Virus record (IMG/VR): IMGVR_UViG_3300012971_000025
Coordinates: 1-49,103 of that record
Strand: one strand, 5' to 3'
Length of the DNA stretch: 49,103 nt
Source: a virus
Taxonomy: Duplodnaviria > Caudoviricetes
Shown here: positions 30,847 through 41,297 of the stretch, piece by piece
Layout: every line of letters starts with the position of its first letter
How positions within the stretch are numbered: position 1 is the stretch's first letter
Notes under the pieces: generated by a model
What the model saw: the letters and a program-made list of their open reading frames with translations, nothing else
Database searches by the model: none
What the model was told of the DNA's origin: nothing
Made by a program: the position numbers and the translations under genes

Positions 30847-33800
30847 GTGGCCACCACGCTGCGCTTCATTCTCCTCGGTGATGACCAGGCCTCGCGGGCG
30901 TTCAACCGGCTGGAGAAGGCGGTCACCACCAGCTCGGCGGCGGTGGACAAGCACAACGCGTCCCTGGCCCGGATGACCAAGGCCAACAAGGACGCCGCGA
31001 ACCCGCTGCTGGCACTGACCGCGCATGTGTCCGGGTTCGGCGACGCGATGACAGCGGCATCGAGCAAGCACAACTACCTGGTGCGCGGCATCGCGGCGAT
31101 CGGCCTGGCGACCGGCCCGGCGGAGGCGGCGATCTCGGCGCTGACCGGCGTGGTCGGGTCACTGTCGGCGGCGCTGGTCGCGGGCGGCCTCGGCATCGGC
31201 GCGTACGGCCTGGCCGTGATCCCGGTGTTCTCCCAGGTGTCGGAGCTGCTGAAGAAGCAGCAGTCGGCGCTGACCGGGGGGAAGGCGGCGCAGGCGGCGT
31301 ACCAGAAGCAACTGGCCGCGACGCCGAAGCCGCTGCGGGAGTTCGCCAAGCAGCTCACGGCCACGCAGAAGGCGTACAAGAACTGGGCGACGTCGCTGAC
31401 CAGCTTCACGCTGAGGCCGCTGACCGGCGGGCTGAAGCTGGTCAACCCGCTGCTGCACGACCTGACGCCGTTCGTGCAGCAGGCGTCGCTGGCGTTCGCT
31501 GAGCTGGTCCGCCAGATGGGGCAGGGCATCCGCTCCACCGGGTTCACCAAGTGGATGCAGACGATGCTGCCCCTGGTGCAGCCGGTGATCATCCAGCTCG
31601 GCACGGCGATCGGCCATGTGGTCGTCGGGCTCGGCGGAATCGCCAAGGCGTTCGCCCCGTTCGCGACGACGGTCCTGACCGGGCTGGACAACCTGACCGG
31701 GTCGTTCGCACGGTGGGGCACCACGCTGACCGGGCACAGCGGCTTCCAGGCGATGATCAAGCAGTGGCAGGACAACTGGCCGGTGGTCCACCAGACGCTG
31801 AAGCAGCTCTGGGCGATCCTGAAGAACATCGTCTCCACCTGGGCGTGGATGACCACACCCGGCAACAGCAAGGCGATGTGGGAGCTGGCGAACCCGCTGC
31901 TGGCGCTGGCGGTGTCGCTGTCGTCGCACAAGGAGCTGGTCGCGGCGCTGACGTACCTGGTGCTGATCGGCAAGGGCGCGGGCCAGATCAAGGGCGTGTT
32001 CAGCGTGATGAAGGGCGCGTGGGATTCGCTCGGCAAGACGCTGTCGATGGTGACCGGGGGCAAGTTCGGCTGGGCCGCGTCGGCGAACACGCAGATGGCG
32101 GCGGCCAAGCTCCAGGACGTGGCGGCGGACAAGCAGCTCCGCGCGGCCGGCCTGGGCGGCGGCCCGGGGGTAGGGCCTGAGGGGAAGGCGGCGAAGGGCG
32201 AGGGGGCGCTGTCGCGGCTGGGGAAGATCGGCCTCGGTGCGGGCCTGACGCTGGGTATCCCGATCGCCATCTCCACGCAGGTGCACCTGCCGGGGCAGAA
32301 GGAGTCGATCTGGCAGGGCGTGATCAAGTCGGCGCGAGAGTCGTTCGGGCCGGGCTCGCCGCTGGCGAACGCGCTGGGGTCGGTGTTCAGCCCGAATGGG
32401 TGGATCAACCGGACGGCGACGGCCGGGCTGGTCGGGCTGGGCCGGGCGCTCGGGTCGGCGTTCACCCCAGGCGGGGCGCTGAACCAGTCGATGCTGCGGG
32501 GCCTGGAGGGGCTGGGCAAGAGCATCGGCGGGTTCTTCACCTCGGCGTTCACGCCCGGCGGGAAGATCAACCAGGACGCGATCCACGCGGGTGCCGACCT
32601 GATCCGGGGGTTCGTCAACGGGATCAAGACGGCGTGGGACACCGCGTGGGGATGGGTGAAGGCCCGCCCGGCGGCGATCATCGACTGGTTCAAGCGGCAG
32701 CTCGGGATCGGCTCCCCGTCCACGGTGTTCTTCGCGATCGGCAAGGACATCATGCTCGGGCTGTGGCACGGCATCGTGTTCGTGTGGGACAAGGCGTCCG
32801 CGTGGATCAGGGCGGTGCCCGGGCGGATCGCCGGGTTCTTCCGGGGCACGCTGTCGCTGCTGGTGACCGCCGGGCGCAACATCTTCTGGGGGCTGTGGAA
32901 CGGCCTCATGTCCGTCTGGGACCGGACGGTGCGGCCGTGGCTGTCGGGGATGCCGTCGCGGGTCGGCAACTTCTTCCGGGGGGCGCTGGGCTGGCTCTAC
33001 GCCGGGGGCCGGAACGTGTTCTGGGGCCTGTACAACGGGATGCTGTTCGTGTGGTCCAAGATCAAGTCGTTCGTCTCCGGGATCGCGTCGTGGATCAAGG
33101 CGCACAAGGGCCCGATCGCGCTGGACCAGCGGCTGCTGCGCCCGGCTGGGCAGGCGCTGATGCAGGGCCTGCACTCGGGCCTGGTCCTCGGGTCGCAGGG
33201 GCCGCTGGGGTTCGTCTCCGGGCTGGCGGGGACGATCGGCGGGCTGCTGGGCAAGGGCCTGGGCGCGGTGCAGGCGGCCCTGGCCGCTCACTACGGCGGC
33301 GGGACGATCGTCTCGGACGCGATGTCCTGGCTGGGGCAGATCCCGTACGTGTGGGGCGGCACGGCGGTGCCGGGCGGGGCGGACTGCTCGGGGTTCGTGC
33401 AGACGATCTACGGCCGGCATGGCCTGTTCGCGCCTCGCACGTCCGAGGCGCAGGGCGGCTGGGTGAAGCGTGGCGGCCCGGTGCCGGGCGGGCTGGCGTT
33501 CTACCACTCGCCGGGCGGCGGCCCGGACCCGGGCCACGTCGCGATCGTCCGTAACGCCAACCAGGTCATCAGCCAGGGCGGCGGAATGGGGCCGCAACTG
33601 GAGGCGCTGCGGTTCATGCCGCTGCTGTGGACCGGTGTGCCGCCGGGCGGGTTCAAGGCGGGCGGCCCGGTCGGCGGGCTCCAGCCGGGGATGGGCGCGG
33701 GCGGCGGCGGCACGGTCGCGCTGGGCAAGGCGATGGCCGCCGCGTACGGCTGGACGGGCAGCCAGTGGACGAATCTGTACAACCTGTGGATGCGGGAGTC

Positions 33801-34233
33801 GGGCTGGTCCGCGACCGCCCGCAACCCCAGCAGCGGCGCGGCGGGCATCCCGCAGGACATCACCGGCAACTTCCACGGCGGCGCACGCGGGCAGATCGCG
33901 TGGGGCCTGAACTACATCAAGGGCCGCTACGGCACGCCGTGGTGGGCGTGGCTGCATGAGATGCGGACGGGCTGGTACGGCGAGGGCGGCCCGATCACCG
34001 AGCCGATCGCCGGGGTCGGGATGCGCACCGGCCGGCCGTACGGCTTCGGCGAGGCGGGGAACGAGTACGTGTCCAGCCAGGCCGACCTCAAGACGGTCGC
34101 CAAGCTGCTGTCGGCCGTGCTGGGCGAGCTGCGGCAGCTCAACGCGCACGCCGCCAGCAACCCCGGCCGCACCGGCCACGCGGTCGCGGTGGGCCTGAAC
34201 TCCGCCGCTGGCCTCGCGGCGCTGGGGAGGTGA
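30847..34233 (+). CDS. tape measure protein with C-terminal NlpC/P60 peptidase and lytic transglycosylase (SLT/Rpf-like) domains
   Basis: Long helical Trp/Phe-periodic region, LGIGSPSTVF; PYVWGG..DCSGFV...GHVAI; RESGW...NPSSGAAGIPQ...QIAWGLNYIKGRYG. Confidence 0.93.
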   Translation: MATTLRFILLGDDQASRAFNRLEKAVTTSSAAVDKHNASLARMTKANKDAANPLLALTAHVSGFGDAMTAASSKHNYLVRGIAAIGLATGPAEAAISALTGVVGSLSAALVAGGLGIGAYGLAVIPVFSQVSELLKKQQSALTGGKAAQAAYQKQLAATPKPLREFAKQLTATQKAYKNWATSLTSFTLRPLTGGLKLVNPLLHDLTPFVQQASLAFAELVRQMGQGIRSTGFTKWMQTMLPLVQPVIIQLGTAIGHVVVGLGGIAKAFAPFATTVLTGLDNLTGSFARWGTTLTGHSGFQAMIKQWQDNWPVVHQTLKQLWAILKNIVSTWAWMTTPGNSKAMWELANPLLALAVSLSSHKELVAALTYLVLIGKGAGQIKGVFSVMKGAWDSLGKTLSMVTGGKFGWAASANTQMAAAKLQDVAADKQLRAAGLGGGPGVGPEGKAAKGEGALSRLGKIGLGAGLTLGIPIAISTQVHLPGQKESIWQGVIKSARESFGPGSPLANALGSVFSPNGWINRTATAGLVGLGRALGSAFTPGGALNQSMLRGLEGLGKSIGGFFTSAFTPGGKINQDAIHAGADLIRGFVNGIKTAWDTAWGWVKARPAAIIDWFKRQLGIGSPSTVFFAIGKDIMLGLWHGIVFVWDKASAWIRAVPGRIAGFFRGTLSLLVTAGRNIFWGLWNGLMSVWDRTVRPWLSGMPSRVGNFFRGALGWLYAGGRNVFWGLYNGMLFVWSKIKSFVSGIASWIKAHKGPIALDQRLLRPAGQALMQGLHSGLVLGSQGPLGFVSGLAGTIGGLLGKGLGAVQAALAAHYGGGTIVSDAMSWLGQIPYVWGGTAVPGGADCSGFVQTIYGRHGLFAPRTSEAQGGWVKRGGPVPGGLAFYHSPGGGPDPGHVAIVRNANQVISQGGGMGPQLEALRFMPLLWTGVPPGGFKAGGPVGGLQPGMGAGGGGTVALGKAMAAAYGWTGSQWTNLYNLWMRESGWSATARNPSSGAAGIPQDITGNFHGGARGQIAWGLNYIKGRYGTPWWAWLHEMRTGWYGEGGPITEPIAGVGMRTGRPYGFGEAGNEYVSSQADLKTVAKLLSAVLGELRQLNAHAASNPGRTGHAVAVGLNSAAGLAALGR

Positions 34234-34236
34234 GCT

Positions 34237-37200
34237 GTGGCCGAGTCGCTGGTGATCGCCGGGCAGATCGAGCTGCTGGGCGCTGAGGGCGGCGTGCCGT
34301 CGGTCATCCCGGCGTGCGCGGGCGCGACCTTCACGCTGGCCGACCCGTACGACTTCGGCGCTCCGCAGCCGGTGCAGGACCTGCTGGCCGGGGGGCTGCT
34401 GGACGGGGAGCGGCCTATCGGCCGCCGGTCATCGAACCGGACGATCTCCCTCCCGGTCAAGATCACCGCGCCTGACCGGGGGACGCTCGCGGCGGCGCGG
34501 GAGGTGCTGCTGCAACTGTGCGACGAGGACTACTGGGAGCTGATCTGGACCCGCGACGGCGACGGGCTGCCGCTGGTGTTCGACTGCTTCCGCGCCCTGC
34601 CCGCCCAGCCGGCGAACCAGCTCTTTGAGGAGCAGCAGCTCGTTTCCCGGATCACGGTCACGTTCCCGGCGCTGCCGTACGGCCGGTCGGACACGCCCGC
34701 TGCGGTGGCGCTGACCGCGCCGAGCCAGTACTTCGACGTGCCGCTGGCCCCGGTGGTGATCGACAACTACGGCACGGCGACGAACTGGCTGGGGCAGGCG
34801 AACACGCCCGGCGGCAGCGACGCGTCCACGTTCGAGGGCGGGATCTCCAACTGGGTCGCGGCGGGCAACTGTGCTGTCGCCCGGTCCACGGCGCAGTTCC
34901 ACAGCGGCGCGGCGTCGCTGGCGCTCACCTCCAGCGCGGCGGGCAACATGCAGGCGGCGAGCTGCGCCGCCGCGTCGGTCATCGACAACCCGCCGACGGC
35001 CCCGACGCAGGCGATGTTCTGCCTGCCCGGTGACACGGTCACCGTGTCCGGGTGGTTCCGGGCGGCCACGGCCGCGCGGAGCTGCAACGTCGGGGTGGAC
35101 TTTTACGACGCCAGCGGCACCCAGATCGGCGCGACCCTGCGCGGCTCGAACGTGACCAACACGACGACCGGGTGGACGCAGGCGACCGGCGCGGTCACCG
35201 CCCCGTCGGGGTCGGTGTGGTGCCGGCAGAACCCGCAGGTGGTCTCGGCCGGCGCGGCGTCGGAGGTGCACTACTACGACGACGCGGCGATGAACCGGGG
35301 CCCGGTCTACTCGGTGTCGGACCCGCAGCAGTGGTCCAGTTCCACGGTGACGGCGATCAGCGGGCAGAAGTCGGCGAAGTGGTCGCGGCTGTCGAACGAC
35401 TGCCCGACCTACGACCAGACGCTGCCCGCGACGGTGGACACCACCGGCCGGGCCAAGCTGACGTTCTGGCTGGGCCTGGCGACCACGTCCACGATGTTCG
35501 CCACCTGGCACGCCGGCACCGCCCACTTCGCGGTCACCCTGTACGACAACGCGGGCGGGTCGCTCAGCTTCAGCGACCACCAGAAGGTGCAGGCGTCGGC
35601 GGTGGACGCCAAGCCGCACTGGCAGCTCATGACCACTCACATCCCGCAGGGGGTGCCGGCGTTCGACTACACGAACGTGGCCCGGTACTCGGTCACGATC
35701 TGGAACCTGGTGGCCTCCACCAAGCCGCAGGTCAAGGGCGGCCCGACGACCGCGATCCAGGTGCTCCAGGCGTCGGCGTACCTGTGCCAGTTCCAGGTGG
35801 CCGACACCTCCACCGGGTCGCCGGTCAACCGGGGGGCGCTGTACCAGCTCCCGGGGATCATCGGGTCGGCCCGCTCACCGATCCAGGTGCAGGCCGCGCC
35901 GGGCCTGGCCTCGTTCTCCTCCACGGCGCTGTTCACCACGGCGGGCACACAGAACTGGACCGCGCCGGGCGGGGTGACGGTCGTGGACAAGGCCGAGGTG
36001 CTGGGCGCATCCGGTGGCAGCGCGGGCGCGTTCACCGGGGCGAACAACCAGAACCCGGGCGGGGGGTCCGGCGGCGGCGGGTATGCGCGGAAGCTGGCGG
36101 TGCCGGTGACCCCCGCCACGATCTACCACCCGGTGGTCGGCGCGGCGGGCGTGCACGGGAACACGGGCTCGGGGACGAACAACGCCACCAACGGCGGCAG
36201 CTCGTGGTTCATCGGCGACAGCGGGGTCACCGCCCAGGGCAACGGCGGCCTGCGGGGCTGGTGGGGGCAGACCGCCGGCGGCGGCCTCGGCGGCACCGGC
36301 ATCGGCGACGTGGTGTACCCGGGCGGCGACGGCTACCAGGCGAACCTGTTCAACGTCAGCGACGGCGGCGGCGGCGGTGGGTCCGCCAGCCCGGACGCGG
36401 CGGGCCATGACGCGCCGGGCCGGTCGGGCGGCGGGGCGCTGCCTGGCTTCGGCGGCGGTGGCCGTGGCGGCGGCGGGCTGGCCGGGCAGACTCCCGGGTC
36501 CAAGGGCACCACGCCCGGCGGCGGGGCCGGCGGCGGCGGCTGGGGCGCACAGGCCGGCGGCGGCAACGGCGCGGACGGGCAGCCGGGCTGGGCGAAGCTG
36601 ACGTGGGGCGCGACCGCGCCCGCGTCGCTGACGTCGCTGCTGCTGCACATGCCGGGCCGCGACGCGCCGCCCGCGCTGTCGCCGATGGTGACGGTCGGCA
36701 ACGGCGCGGACACGCCCAACGGGGCGACCGAGTACACGTTCCCGGCGGTCGGGGCGCTGAACGCCCGGTTCGACGGGACCTACACGGTCTACCTGGTGGC
36801 GTCGGCGTGGAACACGCCGGCGAACAGCCGGACGGTGACGGTGCAGTTCCGCCAGTACGCCTACTCGGGCGCGACGATGGTCACCCAGTCGCTGAGCCGG
36901 ACGCTGGTGCCGAACACCGACGTGACCAACGGCTACGTGGACCTGGGCGCGATCACGCTCCCGCTCCAGGCGCTGCCCGCCGGGCAGGCCACGGCCTACT
37001 TCACCGTCACCGTGACCTCCAGCAACACGGCTGACCGGTTCTACGACGTGATCTGCTTGGACGTTGCGGGGAGCACGGTGCTGCTGAACCAGGCGGGCAG
37101 CTCGGTCCTTCAGAACGTGTGGCTGTCCGCGCCGGACCCGAACCGGGCGATCGGCTTCCTGCTGGGCTCCAACGCCGACCTGGACCAGTCGTGGTCGCTG

Positions 37201-37344
37201 GCCGGCGCGATCGAGCGGATGTCGGGCGAGGCGATGGCGGTGGACCCGCTGATCAACAACCGGCTGCTGGTCTACGGGCAGCAGGGGATGCCCTCGGCGA
37301 AGGTGTCCTACGTTCCACGATGGTGGATGGATAGGGCCTCCTGA
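34237..37344 (+). CDS. distal tail (Dit-like) protein with an inserted carbohydrate-binding module and Gly-rich domain
   Basis: Follows TMP; NRTISLPVKI and ALPYGRS Dit-like motifs; FEGGISNW...S.AQFHSG..SL...WTQ...APSG CBM4/9-like; long GGGGG segment. Confidence 0.7.
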   Translation: MAESLVIAGQIELLGAEGGVPSVIPACAGATFTLADPYDFGAPQPVQDLLAGGLLDGERPIGRRSSNRTISLPVKITAPDRGTLAAAREVLLQLCDEDYWELIWTRDGDGLPLVFDCFRALPAQPANQLFEEQQLVSRITVTFPALPYGRSDTPAAVALTAPSQYFDVPLAPVVIDNYGTATNWLGQANTPGGSDASTFEGGISNWVAAGNCAVARSTAQFHSGAASLALTSSAAGNMQAASCAAASVIDNPPTAPTQAMFCLPGDTVTVSGWFRAATAARSCNVGVDFYDASGTQIGATLRGSNVTNTTTGWTQATGAVTAPSGSVWCRQNPQVVSAGAASEVHYYDDAAMNRGPVYSVSDPQQWSSSTVTAISGQKSAKWSRLSNDCPTYDQTLPATVDTTGRAKLTFWLGLATTSTMFATWHAGTAHFAVTLYDNAGGSLSFSDHQKVQASAVDAKPHWQLMTTHIPQGVPAFDYTNVARYSVTIWNLVASTKPQVKGGPTTAIQVLQASAYLCQFQVADTSTGSPVNRGALYQLPGIIGSARSPIQVQAAPGLASFSSTALFTTAGTQNWTAPGGVTVVDKAEVLGASGGSAGAFTGANNQNPGGGSGGGGYARKLAVPVTPATIYHPVVGAAGVHGNTGSGTNNATNGGSSWFIGDSGVTAQGNGGLRGWWGQTAGGGLGGTGIGDVVYPGGDGYQANLFNVSDGGGGGGSASPDAAGHDAPGRSGGGALPGFGGGGRGGGGLAGQTPGSKGTTPGGGAGGGGWGAQAGGGNGADGQPGWAKLTWGATAPASLTSLLLHMPGRDAPPALSPMVTVGNGADTPNGATEYTFPAVGALNARFDGTYTVYLVASAWNTPANSRTVTVQFRQYAYSGATMVTQSLSRTLVPNTDVTNGYVDLGAITLPLQALPAGQATAYFTVTVTSSNTADRFYDVICLDVAGSTVLLNQAGSSVLQNVWLSAPDPNRAIGFLLGSNADLDQSWSLAGAIERMSGEAMAVDPLINNRLLVYGQQGMPSAKVSYVPRWWMDRAS

Positions 37345-37850
37345 TGGTCAGCGAGAAGGCGTACTCGGTTGAGGCGCGGCTGAACGCGCTCATCGCCGCG
37401 CAGCCGGCGCGGGTGTGGCGCGTCACCCAGCAAGCCAACTTCACCAGCACCAGCCAGGTGGCGATCTCGTGGGAGGGCGGCCAGGGCGGCGACTCCACCG
37501 GCATTCCGGTGCTGTCGGGCGGGGTGTACTGCGTCAAGGGGATGCTCATCGCCGCGATGGGCACGCCCAACCAAAACCAGTTCGCCCGGTTCACTGGCCC
37601 AACGATCTCCTCTATGGGGATCGGGTTCCAGTGCATCGAGGGCACGACGGTCTACTCCAGCGGCCAGGCCACCGGGATCAACCAGGACATGACGATCAAC
37701 ATGGTCGCGGCCACGTCCGGCGAGTTCAAGTTCGAGGGCATCGTCGCGTTCAGCGCGGCCGGGACGTTCAGCATGGCCGGGCGGCTGAGCGCCACGACCG
37801 CGTGGGCGGTGCAGGGCGGCAGCTACCTGGAACTGAGCCAGGTCGCGTGA
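37344..37850 (+). CDS. minor tail/fibre protein
   Basis: Beta-rich, C-terminal GSYLEL; TGATG coupling. Confidence 0.55.
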   Translation: MVSEKAYSVEARLNALIAAQPARVWRVTQQANFTSTSQVAISWEGGQGGDSTGIPVLSGGVYCVKGMLIAAMGTPNQNQFARFTGPTISSMGIGFQCIEGTTVYSSGQATGINQDMTINMVAATSGEFKFEGIVAFSAAGTFSMAGRLSATTAWAVQGGSYLELSQVA

Positions 37851-37866
37851 GCGAAGGGAGCAACCG

Positions 37867-38172
37867 ATGAGTGTCGGCGACCCGCCTGTCACCAAGGACC
37901 AGCTAGACACGCATCTTGCGGCGGCGGCGGTGAATCTGCGGCAGGTGTTCCAGGACCCCGGCAGCCCGCACGCGGCCGTGGCCGCCTACATGTCGAACCA
38001 CGACCAGGCGGCGCTGGTCGCGCTCGGCTACACCACCGACGAGGCGTACCAGGCCAGCCTGTTCGGCAACCTGATCAGCGGCCTGATCGCCTACTACGCG
38101 CAAGGCACGGCGGTCCCGGCGGCGGCGGCGACGCTGCATGATCTGTGCCGCGACCTGGCCCCGCTGCGCTGA
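37867..38172 (+). CDS. small tail-associated protein
   Basis: AAGGGAG RBS; LVALGYT.DEA motif. Confidence 0.55.
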   Translation: MSVGDPPVTKDQLDTHLAAAAVNLRQVFQDPGSPHAAVAAYMSNHDQAALVALGYTTDEAYQASLFGNLISGLIAYYAQGTAVPAAAATLHDLCRDLAPLR

Positions 38173-39335
38173 TGACCGGCACTCAGCTCGCCACGTTCGC
38201 GCCGGACGGCACCCAGCCCCGGTGGCTCGGCCAGTACGGCACCTTCACCCCGCCCGTGTATTCCTATACAACCCCGGGCGGGTGCAGCCAGCTCACCACG
38301 ACGTTCGCCAAGCCGGCCCGGTACCGCACCGACGCGCTGAACCCGGGGCGGCTGCTGTACGCCTACCGGGGCGGCACGACCGTGTGGAAGGGCATCCTGG
38401 ATGAGCCGGTGCCCGGCGACGCCGGGTGGGCGGTCACGGCGCACGGCGCGGGCGGCTACGCCGAGGACTGGCGGTGCATCTACTCGGGGGCCTGGACGGC
38501 GGCTTCGTTCAACACCGCGATCGACGGGGCGATCAGCCGGGGCCTGGACTGGGTCCGGGTGACCGATGTCGGCGCGGTGTCGGGGCTGTGGGTCGGGCAG
38601 GCGGTGGACTCGGGGTCGGAGTCGATCGGGGCGCTGCTGGACACCGGCTGCCACAAGGGCGGGCTGACCTGGTCGGTGACGACCGCGCCGCAGGGGAACC
38701 TGCTGACGGTGTACGCGCTGCCCACGGCGGCGAACCGCATCCTGGTCTCCACCCAGCCCGAGGCCCGGTCGATCGCCAGCGGCCCGAACGCGATCTACGT
38801 GCGGCGGCAGGCGACGTGGGACAGCGGGGCCACGGCCGCAACGTATGCGACCTCGGTGGCGACGAACGCGGCGGACATCGCCGCGCACGGCCGCAAGGAG
38901 GACTTCATGGACATCTCCTCGGCCGGGGTGTACACCGACCCGCAGGCGGTCGCGGTGGCGCAGTCGGCGCTCAAGCGGTTCCAGCGGGCGGGCTGGTCGG
39001 GGCCGTTCACGGTGCAGCCGGGGCAGCTCACCACCCAGGGCGGGCAGCGGTGCGACCTCGGCACGTTCTGGGCCGATGGGATCACGGCGATGGTGTGTGA
39101 GCTGTGGCTCGCGGACTTCGGCTACGGCGGCGAGGTGCAGGGCGGGCCCACCTCGTTCCTGGTCGGCTCCTACGAGTACGACGGGACGACCGGGCAGGCG
39201 ACAATCCAGCCGTTCGAGTCGGCGCGGCACGACTTCGCCACGCTGATGGGGCTCATCGTGGACTCCACCCCGGTGCGGTCCAAGCCGGTGAAGTCGCAGA
39301 TGGGCCGGCTGCATGTGCACCGGGGGGGCAAGTGA
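38172..39335 (+). CDS. minor tail (hub/Tal-like) protein
   Basis: PGGCSQL, VWKGIL.EP, IAAHGRKE pattern; position in the tail tip module. Confidence 0.65.
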   Translation: MTGTQLATFAPDGTQPRWLGQYGTFTPPVYSYTTPGGCSQLTTTFAKPARYRTDALNPGRLLYAYRGGTTVWKGILDEPVPGDAGWAVTAHGAGGYAEDWRCIYSGAWTAASFNTAIDGAISRGLDWVRVTDVGAVSGLWVGQAVDSGSESIGALLDTGCHKGGLTWSVTTAPQGNLLTVYALPTAANRILVSTQPEARSIASGPNAIYVRRQATWDSGATAATYATSVATNAADIAAHGRKEDFMDISSAGVYTDPQAVAVAQSALKRFQRAGWSGPFTVQPGQLTTQGGQRCDLGTFWADGITAMVCELWLADFGYGGEVQGGPTSFLVGSYEYDGTTGQATIQPFESARHDFATLMGLIVDSTPVRSKPVKSQMGRLHVHRGGK

Positions 39336-39580
39336 CCGTCAACAACTGGCAGCCGGCCGACCCTGAGGTGGCGCGGCTGCTGGACCGGGTGCGGGCGGGG
39401 GAGGCGGTGCTGACCGCGCGGATCGAGGCGATGGAGGAGGCGGCGCGGGCCGTACTGGCGCGTGGGGAGCGGAGGCGGAACCGGACATGGGTGCTGGTAC
39501 TGGGGATCTGCACGGGGGTGATCGCCCCGCTGGTGGTGACGGGCGTGCTCACGCTGCTCCACTTGCGCTCCCTCGGCTGA
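39332..39580 (+). CDS. membrane protein, lysis cassette (coiled coil + TM)
   Basis: GTGA overlap; WVLVLGICTGVIAPLVVTGVLTLL. Confidence 0.6.
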   Translation: MTVNNWQPADPEVARLLDRVRAGEAVLTARIEAMEEAARAVLARGERRRNRTWVLVLGICTGVIAPLVVTGVLTLLHLRSLG

Positions 39581-39816
39581 TCCCCCGCTGGGCCGTGGCG
39601 GGGCTGCTGGCCCTGTTCGTGGTGACGGTGGCCGCGACGGTGATCGACGCCATCGGGACGATCGAGCTGCTGAACCGGGTGATCGTGCTCCAGCACGAGG
39701 TGTGCGACATCCACTCGCGGGTCAAGACGTGGGAGGCGCTGACGTCCACGCGGCTGCACATCCACGGCCCGCTGCTGGCGCGGCTGCCGGACTACTGCCC
39801 GAACCGCCCCGGCTGA
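39487..39816 (+). CDS. membrane protein, lysis cassette (start uncertain)
   Basis: WAVAGLLALFVVTVAATVI TM segment, two Cys in the C-terminal part. Confidence 0.5.
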   Translation: MGAGTGDLHGGDRPAGGDGRAHAAPLALPRLIPRWAVAGLLALFVVTVAATVIDAIGTIELLNRVIVLQHEVCDIHSRVKTWEALTSTRLHIHGPLLARLPDYCPNRPG

Positions 39817-39832
39817 GACCTCACACCGCAAG

Positions 39833-39862
39833 AACCCCCCGCGCCGCCCTGGCCGGGGGTTT
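39833..39862 (+). terminator. possible intrinsic terminator before the endolysin
   Basis: AACCCCC...GGGGGTT stem followed by TCCTAT. Confidence 0.35.
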
Positions 39863-39886
39863 CCTATCCGTGAGGAGAGGATCACA

Positions 39887-40753
39887 ATGACTGACACGCT
39901 CTGGTCAGACGTGTCGGAGTTCCAGACCGGCGTGAACAACAGCTACCCCTACCATGTGTTCTGCTTGCGCTCGCACGATGGGCCCCACAACGACAGCCAG
40001 TTCATGCACAACGTCACCTGGGCGAACAACGCGGTCGCGTCCGGGAAGCTGGCGATGTACTACGTCTACTACTTCTACCGGCCGGGGTTCGACGGCGCGG
40101 CGTCGTTCAAGGCGCGGATCGGCCCGAAGCCGAACCCGCACATGGCCGCGATGATCGACATGGAGTCCGCCGGCGGGCAGGTCCACGGCGACCAGTCGCC
40201 GCAGGCCAACCGGGAGTTCAACGAGCTGGCCGCCTACCTGGGGGACAAGCGGCGGGTGATCGGCTACGGCAACACCTCGGACCTGAACGCGCTGTGGCCG
40301 CACAAGCCGGCTGGGATCAGGCTGGTCATCGCCGCGTACGGGTCCAACCCGCCCTACCCGGGGAAGTTCGCCCACCAGTTCACCGACCACGCCAACACGC
40401 CCCCGTTCGGCCCGTCGGACCTGAACAGCGCCGACGGGATGAGCGTGCATGATCTTCAGGTGATGCACGGCATGGTGGGCGCGGCACCGCCGCCTGCGCC
40501 GGTCAGGCCGAAGCAGATGCCCGGCACCAAGGAGGGCCCGCGCAAGGTGGGCTCGGGGTTCCGCTGGGTCGCGGACGGCTCCCGGTCGCTGGTGCAGGTC
40601 GCGGCGTACCGGCACGCGTCGGTGCTGATGCTGCTCCAGATCAGCGCGGAGAACCTGAACCCGGCCCACTACGCCCAGATGAATAAGTACGTGATCGCCG
40701 GGGTGGCCCATCCCATGCCCGAAGGCCTGGTGTTTTACACGGTGCATGCGTGA
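39887..40753 (+). CDS. endolysin, GH25 muramidase-like catalytic domain + Pro linker + C-terminal domain
   Basis: DVSEFQ, YYFY, MIDME (DxE), AAYG, HQFTD, DLN; GAGGAGAGG RBS. Confidence 0.85.
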   Translation: MTDTLWSDVSEFQTGVNNSYPYHVFCLRSHDGPHNDSQFMHNVTWANNAVASGKLAMYYVYYFYRPGFDGAASFKARIGPKPNPHMAAMIDMESAGGQVHGDQSPQANREFNELAAYLGDKRRVIGYGNTSDLNALWPHKPAGIRLVIAAYGSNPPYPGKFAHQFTDHANTPPFGPSDLNSADGMSVHDLQVMHGMVGAAPPPAPVRPKQMPGTKEGPRKVGSGFRWVADGSRSLVQVAAYRHASVLMLLQISAENLNPAHYAQMNKYVIAGVAHPMPEGLVFYTVHA

Positions 40754-41103
40754 TGGCCGGCAACGGCACGCCGAGGGCGGGGATCTCCGCTAAGGTCGGC
40801 AACGGCACGCTGGACGGTGCGCTGCTCGCGGCGGTCACCTGGGGGCTGACGTACTTCATCCCGGCGTGGCACAGCGGCATCCCGGGCCCGGTCGGGGATG
40901 CGCTCCCGGCGATCGTGGGGCTGGTCGGCTACTTCGGCGGCGGGTACCTGTCCACGCACCGGGCGACGGTCCAGGAGGTGCGGGCGGCGGTGGAGGAGGC
41001 GCGGCAGGTGCTGGCACTGGAAGCGGGGCCCGCTGCCCCGGTGGTCACGTCCACCCACGCGCCGGCGACGGCGACCACGAGCCGGACCACGGGCAAGGCA
41101 TGA
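40750..41103 (+). CDS. holin-like protein
   Basis: Two TM segments, GGYL end; immediately after the endolysin. Confidence 0.6.
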   Translation: MMAGNGTPRAGISAKVGNGTLDGALLAAVTWGLTYFIPAWHSGIPGPVGDALPAIVGLVGYFGGGYLSTHRATVQEVRAAVEEARQVLALEAGPAAPVVTSTHAPATATTSRTTGKA

Positions 41104-41297
41104 TCCGCGTCCTGGACCTGATCGGGCTCGGGGTGATCTTCGCCGCCGGGCTGGGCCTGGCGGTGTGGTGGTGGGTGGAGCGGGCGGCCGAGGCCGCGTG
41201 GGCGCGGGAGGTCGCGGCGTGGCGGCGTGGCGGCGACGTGATGACCGCGCTGTCGGCGGAGGTCCGCAGCCGCTCTGACCGCCTGGCGAGACGGTGA
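41100..41297 (+). CDS. small membrane protein
   Basis: ATGA overlap; LIGLGVIFAAGLGLAVWWW. Confidence 0.55.
   Translation: MIRVLDLIGLGVIFAAGLGLAVWWWVERAAEAAWAREVAAWRRGGDVMTALSAEVRSRSDRLARR

Noticed and set aside
657-33933. Duplicated TMP segment considered as a DGR template/variable repeat pair
   Set aside because: Only ~40 nt, differences are not confined to adenines, and there is no reverse transcriptase in the window.
36000-36600. Gly-rich tract considered as a collagen repeat or PE-PGRS gene
   Set aside because: No Gly-X-Y periodicity; it is the common glycine-rich domain of actinophage tail proteins.
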